Positions 56,742 to 64,000 of a stretch of DNA of 64,000 nt are shown here, in pieces. Location: contig CAZDRU010000029.1 of NCBI GenBank assembly GCA_964508175.1, positions 18,510 through 82,509 of the forward strand. The letters are read 5' to 3'. Numbering within the stretch: the first letter of the stretch is position 1; every line of letters starts with the position of its first letter. The notes beneath the pieces are model-generated. The model was not told the DNA's origin. It worked only from the letters and a program-made list of their open reading frames with translations, and searched no databases. Source of the stretch: an uncultured Dehalococcoidia bacterium. GTDB taxonomy: Bacteria > Chloroflexota > Dehalococcoidia > Lucifugimonadales > CAZDRU01. Made by a program: the position numbers and the translations under genes.

Positions 56742-58412
56742 TTATGCTTCCTTTAATAAAGGCGGCTGTTTGCCCTCAGGATAAACTGTCCCCGCATTCT
56801 TAATAAATTCGACAAAAAGTGGATGTGGTCTATTCGGCCTAGATCTAAATTCCGGATGAAATTGAACACCAAGCATAAATAAATGAGATTTAACTTCACA
56901 AATCTCAACAAGGCTATTATCCGGAGAGACTCCACTGGCTATCAAACCTAATTGTTCAAAATCATTTCTAAATTTATTATTTAATTCATAACGATGTCGA
57001 TGTCTTTCATTTACACTATCCATAAGATAAGAGTTTCCAGCTTTTGTGTTTTTCAAAAGATTACAACGATATTCACCAAGTCTCATTGTTCCTCCTTTTT
57101 GGTCAACATTGATTTGGTTTGGCATAATATCTATAACCGGAAATTTGTTTTCAGAATCGAATTCAGTAGAATTAGCACCTTCAAAACCTAAAACATTTCG
57201 AGCAAATTCTATAACCATTATTTGCATTCCAAGACACAATCCAAAATAAGGAACATTATTTTCACGAGCAAATTTAGCAGTAACAATCATTCCTTCAATC
57301 CCACGCTCCCCAAATCCACCAGGAACAATAATCCCATTAACATCTCCAAGCAATGACCTAACATTGTCTAAAGTAACATCTTCAGAATTTACCCATTCAA
57401 TCTCTATAGTTTTTTTGGCGGGAATCGAAGCATGAATAATTGATTCTTTAACAGACATATATGAATCAGGCAAAGCAACATATTTGCCTACAATTGCAAT
57501 TTTAATACTTTCTTGAGGTTCTTTCATTCTCTTAAGAAGTTTTTCCCATTGAACCGTATCAAGATCTGCAGAATCAACGTGTAAATAATTCTCTATTATG
57601 CGACCAAGACCAACCTCTTCCATATATATTGGGATATCATAAATATTATTAACTGTTGGCAAATGTATAACTGCATCGTTAGAAACATCACAAAATAACG
57701 CTATTTTTCTTTTTACTTCATCGCCTAATTCACCGTCTAATTCTCTATCACTTCGAAATACAATTACATCCGGCTGAATTCCAATAGCTCTTAATTCTTT
57801 AACACTATGTTGTGTTGGTTTTGTTTTAATTTCACCAGTTGTAGACATCTCCGGAACTAAAGTTACATGAACATACAAAACATTATCACGACCAACATCA
57901 TTTCTCATTTGTCGTATAGCTTCTAAAAACGGAAGTCCTTCTATGTCCCCTACAGTGCCACCAACTTCAACAACTATAAAATCTGCTTCACTTTCTCTAG
58001 CTAATCCAGTAATTTTGTTTTTTATTTCAGTAGTAACATGTGGGACTATTTGAATTGTTCCCCCAAGAAAATCGCCATTTCTTTCTTTTTGAATCAACGA
58101 AAGATATATTTGTCCAGCTGTAATATTGCTAGATTTTGTTAATTCTTGATCAACAAATCTTTCATAATGCCCTAAATCTAAATCAGTTTCTCCACCATCT
58201 TTCGTGACAAAAACCTCTCCATGTTGATAAGGAGACATAGTTCCAGGATCAACATTTAAATATGGGTCTAATTTAATAATGGAAATAGACTTAGATCTGA
58301 ATTTTAACAATCTTCCAATCGAAGCTACTGTAATTCCTTTTCCTACCGAACTAGTTACTCCGCCGGTCACAAAAATATATTTGGTTTTATTGTGTTGAAA
58401 ATCTTTTGACAT
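56742..58412 (-). CDS. pyrG: CTP synthase
   Basis: KYIFVTGGVTSSVGKG, glutamine amidotransferase GLCLGMQ and QFHPEF. ATG 58412 preferred over the upstream TTG 58433 because of the usual short N-terminus. Confidence 0.95.
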   Translation of the reverse strand: MSKDFQHNKTKYIFVTGGVTSSVGKGITVASIGRLLKFRSKSISIIKLDPYLNVDPGTMSPYQHGEVFVTKDGGETDLDLGHYERFVDQELTKSSNITAGQIYLSLIQKERNGDFLGGTIQIVPHVTTEIKNKITGLARESEADFIVVEVGGTVGDIEGLPFLEAIRQMRNDVGRDNVLYVHVTLVPEMSTTGEIKTKPTQHSVKELRAIGIQPDVIVFRSDRELDGELGDEVKRKIALFCDVSNDAVIHLPTVNNIYDIPIYMEEVGLGRIIENYLHVDSADLDTVQWEKLLKRMKEPQESIKIAIVGKYVALPDSYMSVKESIIHASIPAKKTIEIEWVNSEDVTLDNVRSLLGDVNGIIVPGGFGERGIEGMIVTAKFARENNVPYFGLCLGMQIMVIEFARNVLGFEGANSTEFDSENKFPVIDIMPNQINVDQKGGTMRLGEYRCNLLKNTKAGNSYLMDSVNERHRHRYELNNKFRNDFEQLGLIASGVSPDNSLVEICEVKSHLFMLGVQFHPEFRSRPNRPHPLFVEFIKNAGTVYPEGKQPPLLKEA

Positions 58413-58552
58413 TACAAATTCGCTATAAACCAATTAATTACCCAATAAAATTTCTCAAACATAAAATATGGGACTCCCGATCTTAAAATGTGGAATAATT
58501 AAATTATCTTGAAAAGTTCTAGATATAATTATGGGAAAATATTTATTATTAG

Positions 58553-58582
58553 ATTATAAGTCCGTAGTTTTTTAAGTGTCAA
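58553..58582 (-). promoter_or_regulatory. near-consensus sigma70-like promoter candidate for pyrG
   Basis: Minus strand TTGACA (58577-58582), 18 nt, TATAAT (58553-58558). Confidence 0.45.
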
Positions 58583-58734
58583 GCAATTCCATACTATTAT
58601 TTATAGAATTATCAGAAATAATGAATAATAAAGACAATAAATTTCATCTGAAATAATCACTTGACATCTAATGTGATGTTCAATATTGTTCGATATTATA
58701 CTTTTGATCAAAACATTATTTTGAGGAGATTTTT

Positions 58735-59424
58735 ATGAATATTAATAAAATAACAAAATTAATAGAATTTGATACTGCGACAGTTTCTAATGGCTTAGGA
58801 GAATTAAAAGTACGTGACGATTCATATGGTTATACTGGCCCAAATATTCGATACTTATCACCTCAATTTGGGCCTCGTGTTGGCGTAGCAGTAACTGGAA
58901 GAATGGATACAACATCTCCAGGAACAGAAGAAAATGAATCACTTTTTGTTCAATGGCTTGACGAATTTGTTAAACAAAGTGAAGCTGAAGGAGGAGAACC
59001 TATACCAGTTTTTGCAGTTCTTGAATCCGTAGGACTGCGTCCAGAATATACTGTTACCATTGGAGATGGTATGGGAACTCGAATGATGCTTGCAGGTGCG
59101 GTAGGGTTTATTACTAATGGTTGTGTAAGAGACATAGAAGGCCTACGTAATGTTCCATTGCCATGTTGGGGTGCTGGACTATCTCCTATGCACGGTCAAA
59201 TACGATGGCTTGATATTAATAGCCCTGTAGTTATTGATGGCATGACTGTAAAAACTGGAGATTTTATTCACGCAGATGAAAATGGATCTGTCGCAATTCC
59301 CAGAAATGTTGCAGATCAAGTATATGATGAAGCTAAGAAAGTACAGGAAGGAGAAGCAGAATTATTTAAAACAATGGGAAGTCCAGATTTTGACATAAAA
59401 AAATGGATAGCTGAAAATAAATAA
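58735..59424 (+). CDS. RraA-family protein (4-hydroxy-4-methyl-2-oxoglutarate aldolase / oxaloacetate decarboxylase-like)
   Basis: FDTATVSNGL at the N-terminus, GAVGFITNGCVRD, ADENGSVAIP: RraA/HMG-aldolase fold signatures. GAGGAG RBS 7 nt before the ATG. Confidence 0.8.
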   Translation: MNINKITKLIEFDTATVSNGLGELKVRDDSYGYTGPNIRYLSPQFGPRVGVAVTGRMDTTSPGTEENESLFVQWLDEFVKQSEAEGGEPIPVFAVLESVGLRPEYTVTIGDGMGTRMMLAGAVGFITNGCVRDIEGLRNVPLPCWGAGLSPMHGQIRWLDINSPVVIDGMTVKTGDFIHADENGSVAIPRNVADQVYDEAKKVQEGEAELFKTMGSPDFDIKKWIAENK

Positions 59425-59480
59425 CCCATAAAGGAATTGAAATCATTAAAAAGAAATTAAAACTTTTATACAGTAATTTA

Positions 59481-60695
59481 TTGATTGACGGAAATGGAGG
59501 AACTCCTATATCAAAAGGAGCAATCCTCATTGAAGACGATACTATTATTGATGTTGGGGAGAAAGGGAAAATTAAAATTCCCGAAAATGCCGAAGTTGAA
59601 AAAATATATTTTGAGAACGAAACTTTACTTCCTGGTCTAGTTGATTGCCATGTACATCTAAATGGATTTGGTGATGGAAGATTTGGTGATGATCTTGCAT
59701 TATTACCTGACGAAATTCTTACATTACAAGCAGCTAAAAATGCTCGCTCCCATCTGTATTCAGGAGTTACAACCATTCGAGACCTTGGTTCAAAACATAA
59801 AACCAGTCTTCTTCTAAGAAAAGCTATTGAAATGGGAATTACAGTTGGACCAAGAATGATTCTGTGTGGTAGGCCTGTAGCAATAATAGGAGGCCATATG
59901 CACTATTTTGGGATCGAAGCAACAGGAGTAGATGAAGGTCGCAAAGCAGTCCGACAACTTATGAAAGATGGGGCTGATATGATTAAAATTACTGCTACTG
60001 GAGGTAGTACCAGAACTTCTTTTCCTTTTAGATCTTCTTTCAATCTTGACGAGTTAAAAGCCATTATTAGTGAAGCACATAAATTTGGCAAACATACTGC
60101 TGCACATTTAGGAAGTTCTGAAGCAATGTTAAACTGCCTAAAAGCAGGAGTTGATACTATAATACACTGCGGATATCACGAACCTGATGGAACTATAAAA
60201 TTTAGAAAAGAAGTGGCTGATAGAATTGTTAAACAAGAAGTTTTTGTTAATCCAACATTATCTCAATCCTTTATTCCTTATATGGATGGCAGAATTACAG
60301 ACAAAAAACTAATTGAAACGAAACTAATAAAAGAAAAAAAAGATGGCAAATTCAGTAAACACGTTGCAAACATCCAAAGAACGGTAGATATGGGAGCAAA
60401 ATTAGTCGCTGGCTCTGATTCATCATGGAGCACATATCCTATGGGAAGTTTTCAATATGAAATAATAGCTCATGTAGAAGATATTGGACTTTCGCCAATG
60501 GAAGGAATCGTTTCTGCAACTCGTGATTCTGCAAAATCTCTATGGATTAATGATACAGTGGGCACATTAGAAAAAGGTAAAAAAGCCGACATTTTAATTG
60601 TAAAAGGTAATCCTGCTCAAAACATACATAACCTTTGGAATGTAGTTACAGTATTTCTAGGAGGAAAAGAAGTTAAGAAAAATGGAAGTCTGTAA
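59481..60695 (+). CDS. metal-dependent amidohydrolase (imidazolonepropionase/prolidase-like subgroup)
   Basis: LLPGLVDCHVHL (HxH), IKITATGG, HTAAHL, IIHCGY, AGSDS. The annotated TTG start probably truncates the N-terminus (see findings). Confidence 0.85.
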   Translation: MIDGNGGTPISKGAILIEDDTIIDVGEKGKIKIPENAEVEKIYFENETLLPGLVDCHVHLNGFGDGRFGDDLALLPDEILTLQAAKNARSHLYSGVTTIRDLGSKHKTSLLLRKAIEMGITVGPRMILCGRPVAIIGGHMHYFGIEATGVDEGRKAVRQLMKDGADMIKITATGGSTRTSFPFRSSFNLDELKAIISEAHKFGKHTAAHLGSSEAMLNCLKAGVDTIIHCGYHEPDGTIKFRKEVADRIVKQEVFVNPTLSQSFIPYMDGRITDKKLIETKLIKEKKDGKFSKHVANIQRTVDMGAKLVAGSDSSWSTYPMGSFQYEIIAHVEDIGLSPMEGIVSATRDSAKSLWINDTVGTLEKGKKADILIVKGNPAQNIHNLWNVVTVFLGGKEVKKNGSL

Positions 60696-61522
60696 TGTTA
60701 AATGAAACTCAATTAAAACACTTAGAACTTTTTGGATTTGTAATACTAAAAAATATTTTTACCACCAAAGAATTAGAAATACTTCGCAGCGAATTTGAAA
60801 TTGCCTGCAAAAACAACGAACTAAAACAAGGTCCTTACGATAACACATATCGTTATATGAATATGCTGGGAAAAGATACTCCTTTCTATGCTTCTTTAAT
60901 CGAAGATCCTCGATTTTATAAACCGGTAACTCAATGGTTTGGAGAAAAATCTTTTGGATTTGAAATACATTCATATCGCTATGTTAATGACACAAGATGG
61001 CATTACAATGACGGTTCCCCAAATATTTATGGATATGGAGCAAAGTATCAATTTCCACTATATGAACCTGTTACTGCACAAACAGGAGCTTTAAGATTTT
61101 TACCAGGATCTCACAAAGATCCTTGGCAATCAGAATTAAGACAATGGTGGCCTTTTGAGGATTTTAAAACTCAAGAAAAACATAATACCTCTCAAGCAGC
61201 TATGGAAATAATTAATAGTATCCCTTATTCTCCAGCTGAATGTGAATTAGGTGATGCTGTTTTATTTGACTTGCGAATTATGCATTCAACATGGGGAGGA
61301 GGCATCGATCGAAATGTAAGTTGCATTTCATACTTTCATTATCCAGAATCTCCTGAAGAATTCGATACCATGAAAAAAATCATACCAGCTCACTGGGGAA
61401 GAAAAGATAGATGGGACCAAGAAGAATTTGATTACTTTTTTTCAAATCCTAATAAATCTCCAATACGAGAAAAATGGATAGATTCATATGAGGAACTTTT
61501 AAAACTAAGTCGTAATATTTAA
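60695..61522 (+). CDS. PhyH-like Fe(II)/2-oxoglutarate dioxygenase family protein (divergent)
   Basis: N-terminal LELFGFVILKNIFT..EL, RWHYNDGSP region, LRIMHSTWGG. 1-nt overlap with the upstream stop (TAATG). Weaker match than the PhyH at 21352. Confidence 0.65.
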   Translation: MLNETQLKHLELFGFVILKNIFTTKELEILRSEFEIACKNNELKQGPYDNTYRYMNMLGKDTPFYASLIEDPRFYKPVTQWFGEKSFGFEIHSYRYVNDTRWHYNDGSPNIYGYGAKYQFPLYEPVTAQTGALRFLPGSHKDPWQSELRQWWPFEDFKTQEKHNTSQAAMEIINSIPYSPAECELGDAVLFDLRIMHSTWGGGIDRNVSCISYFHYPESPEEFDTMKKIIPAHWGRKDRWDQEEFDYFFSNPNKSPIREKWIDSYEELLKLSRNI

Positions 61523-61535
61523 TTCAATATTTTTT

Positions 61536-63677
61536 CTATTTTGAAGGCTCGATTATATCTTTAGGTTTTCGACGACCATTACTGCTAACTTTACCATTCA
61601 ATAAATTAGCATCTATTCCTTTTTTCTTCTTTGAAATCTTTGAATTAAAAAGCGCTTTAAGATCCTCTCCCTCAACACTCTCGTGAATAATTAAATATTC
61701 TGCAATTTGACTAAGTTTACCATGATTGTCTAAAAGTACAGACTTCGCCTTTTTATATGCATCAGACATAATAGCATTTACTTCTTGATCAATAGCTTTA
61801 GCAATATCATCGCCATAATCTTTTTCTTCAGAAATTTCTCTTCCAAGAAATACTAATTCTTCTCTCTTCCCATAAACTCTGGGACCCAATTTATCAATTC
61901 CCATTTCGCTAACTATTTCAATATCTATTGATTGCTTAGAAGCTCCTTGTAAAATATCCATAATATTTGTTTCAGGTTCTTTTTTCGTAATGTATTTCTT
62001 TTTATTAGTCGTAACAAAAAGTAAATCATCGCCAAATACTCGTATGCTTTTTACTTTCTTCCCTTTTATCCAATCTAAAAAGGTACTAATAGAGATTTTT
62101 TCTTCATCAAAATTATCAAAATAACTCATACTATATTTAGTTACCATTTGACGAGCAATTCTCGTAGCTTGTTCAAGATCGTTGCTAGGACCAGTAGTAA
62201 TTTCTCCAAAATGAATTTCTTCTGCTCCTCTTCCTCCAAGAGCTGTTGCTATCATCCCGATAAACTGGTCTCTAGTCCAAAGATGTCTTTCCTCTTCAGG
62301 AACCATTCGAGTATAACCACCCATCATACCTCTAGAAATTATAGAAATTTTCTGTGGTGGATCTGCATTAGGAAGAGTCCATGCAACTAAAGCATGACCT
62401 GCTTCATGGTAAGAAGTTATTTCTTTCTCTTTTTTACTAATAACTCTACTTTTTCTTTCGGGGCCTGCTATTACTCGATCTACTGCCTCTTGAAGTTCAT
62501 CTGAACCTATTTGAGATTTTGATTTTCTCGCAGCAAGTATTGCTCCTTCATTAATTAAATTAGCAAGATCTGCTCCACTAAAACCCGGTGTAATTTTCGC
62601 TATTAATTCTAAATCCAATGAACTTTCAAGTGGTTTTCCTTTTGAATGAACTTCTAAAATTGCTTGTCTGCCTTTTACATCTGGTTGATCAATAACAACT
62701 CTTCTATCAAATCTGCCAGGCCTTAATAAGGCAGGGTCTAAAATGTCAGGTCTATTTGTTGCAGCTATTAATATAATATTAGTGGTTGTATCAAATCCAT
62801 CCATTTCAACTAAAATCTGATTAAGAGTTTGTTCTCTCTCATCATGTCCTCCTCCCAAACCAGCACCACGATGTCTTCCTACAGCATCAATTTCATCAAC
62901 AAACAATATACAAGGTGAATTTTTTCTTGCTTGTTCAAACAAATCCCGTACTCTTGAAGCCCCAACTCCTACAAACATTTCTACAAATTCACTTCCGCTA
63001 ATAGAAAAGAAATTAACTCCAGCTTCTCCTGCAATAGCACGTGCAAATAATGTTTTTCCAGTTCCAGGAGGCCCAACTAAAAGAACTCCTTTCGGTATTT
63101 TTGCACCTAAATCTAAGAATTTTTGTGGATTTTTTAAAAATTCAACAATTTCGGCAAGTTCCTGTTTTGCTTCATCAGCTCCAGCCACATCAGAAAAGGA
63201 TACTGAAGGAGTATTAGGGTTGAAAGCCTTTGCTTTACTTTTTCCAAATCCTAAAGCATTATTATGGCCTCCTTGAGCTTGTCTCATCATAAAAAACAAC
63301 AATCCCCCAAAGAAAATCAATGGCAAAAAATTTAAAAATATCCCAAAGAATGTACCTAATCCGCTAGATCCTTTAACTTCGACATCTACTCCATTAGGTC
63401 CAATCTTAACTCCTGCATTTTGTAGTAATTCATAAATACTAGTTCCCGATTCTTTTTTTGCTGAATATTCTCTGCCATTTAAATTTACAACTTTCAGGTC
63501 ATCTCCTTTAACTATAATCTTTTGTATTTGACCAGTCTTTGCCAAATCAATTACTCCTGCTAACGTATAAGGTTCAGGACTACTTAATTTGGGAACAAGA
63601 TTAACCAGAATTATTGCAACTACTACAATGATTACAACGTAAACGATGCTATTTCTAAAAAGTTTCTTATCTTTCAC
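61536..63677 (-). CDS. ftsH: ATP-dependent zinc metalloprotease FtsH, with a 77-aa insertion in the M41 protease domain
   Basis: TM1, inter-TM domain, TM2, Walker A GPPGTGKT, Walker [31 protein letters not shown], zinc site HEAGHA. 713 aa, longer than usual. Confidence 0.95.
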   Translation of the reverse strand: MKDKKLFRNSIVYVVIIVVVAIILVNLVPKLSSPEPYTLAGVIDLAKTGQIQKIIVKGDDLKVVNLNGREYSAKKESGTSIYELLQNAGVKIGPNGVDVEVKGSSGLGTFFGIFLNFLPLIFFGGLLFFMMRQAQGGHNNALGFGKSKAKAFNPNTPSVSFSDVAGADEAKQELAEIVEFLKNPQKFLDLGAKIPKGVLLVGPPGTGKTLFARAIAGEAGVNFFSISGSEFVEMFVGVGASRVRDLFEQARKNSPCILFVDEIDAVGRHRGAGLGGGHDEREQTLNQILVEMDGFDTTTNIILIAATNRPDILDPALLRPGRFDRRVVIDQPDVKGRQAILEVHSKGKPLESSLDLELIAKITPGFSGADLANLINEGAILAARKSKSQIGSDELQEAVDRVIAGPERKSRVISKKEKEITSYHEAGHALVAWTLPNADPPQKISIISRGMMGGYTRMVPEEERHLWTRDQFIGMIATALGGRGAEEIHFGEITTGPSNDLEQATRIARQMVTKYSMSYFDNFDEEKISISTFLDWIKGKKVKSIRVFGDDLLFVTTNKKKYITKKEPETNIMDILQGASKQSIDIEIVSEMGIDKLGPRVYGKREELVFLGREISEEKDYGDDIAKAIDQEVNAIMSDAYKKAKSVLLDNHGKLSQIAEYLIIHESVEGEDLKALFNSKISKKKKGIDANLLNGKVSSNGRRKPKDIIEPSK

Positions 63678-63736
63678 AGTTTCAATGTCCTAACAATAAA
63701 TAAAAAAGCGTAATTTCGTAATTTATTATAATTTTC

Positions 63737-63765
63737 ATGATACGACAGTTATATGGTAAAATCAA
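63737..63765 (-). promoter_or_regulatory. sigma70-like promoter candidate for ftsH
   Basis: Minus strand TTGATT (63760-63765), 17 nt, TATCAT (63737-63742). Confidence 0.35.
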
Positions 63766-63859
63766 AGAAAGCTAGACTATAATAAATGCCTTTAAATTAT
63801 GTTTTTATTATTTTTGTTTAATTTCTAAAAATACCCAGTGTTTTAAGTTCGTAAATACT

Positions 63860-64000
63860 ATGATTAATGTAATTACCGTATCTGATAACATTAAAATAAT
63901 TTCTACATTATCAAAAATTTTTGATAATAATACAGAAATTAATGCTTCATTCTCTCAAATAAACGATGTTACAAAAAATTTGTTTGAAAACGACAAAATA
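63860..64000 (+). CDS. 5' end of an unidentified ORF running off the window
   Basis: ATG 63860, open to the window end: MINVITVSDNIKIISTLSKIFDNNTEINASFSQINDVTKNLFENDKI. Too short to classify. Confidence 0.3.
   Translation, partial: MINVITVSDNIKIISTLSKIFDNNTEINASFSQINDVTKNLFENDKI

Overview
AT-rich, very tightly packed bacterial chromosome segment. About 60 genes, nearly all with recognisable housekeeping or small-molecule catabolic functions. I saw no rRNA, tRNA, CRISPR array, transposase, integrase or phage gene. Core content: recF (3' end), rsmD-coaD, polA, recG/DAK2/rpmB, an argJ-argB-argD-argG-argH-rpe operon, thrB-ask, queA, nnr-acpS, folD, hrcA-dnaJ-prmA-rsmE, bioY, rho, pyrG and ftsH. 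Between these lie small catabolic clusters: a PAL-like NHL lyase + PhyH dioxygenase + two enolase-superfamily genes; glcDEF with a glyoxylate aminotransferase; a DSD1-type PLP enzyme + RidA + VOC; and an RraA-like aldolase + amidohydrolase + PhyH. Synteny (recG-DAK2-L28, hrcA-dnaJ-prmA-rsmE, GuaB3-like gene) and the enzyme-family mix suggest a streamlined marine monoderm-type lineage, for example Chloroflexota/SAR202-like. That is inference only. Four items stand out. (1) A compositionally aberrant gene for a 1166-aa secreted Ig-repeat protein has a long structured leader, the only clear intrinsic terminator in the window, and an adjacent small PT-stalk membrane-anchored partner; together they are a candidate two-component S-layer. 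(2) ftsH carries a 77-codon insertion in its protease domain that is a paralogous copy of its own inter-TM (extracytoplasmic) domain. (3) An MFS transporter gene is bracketed by a ~110-bp direct duplication of the acpS 5' end and promoter region. (4) An MBL-fold-like ORF appears to have lost its metal ligands. All functional calls come from reading the supplied translations by eye. No database search was run.
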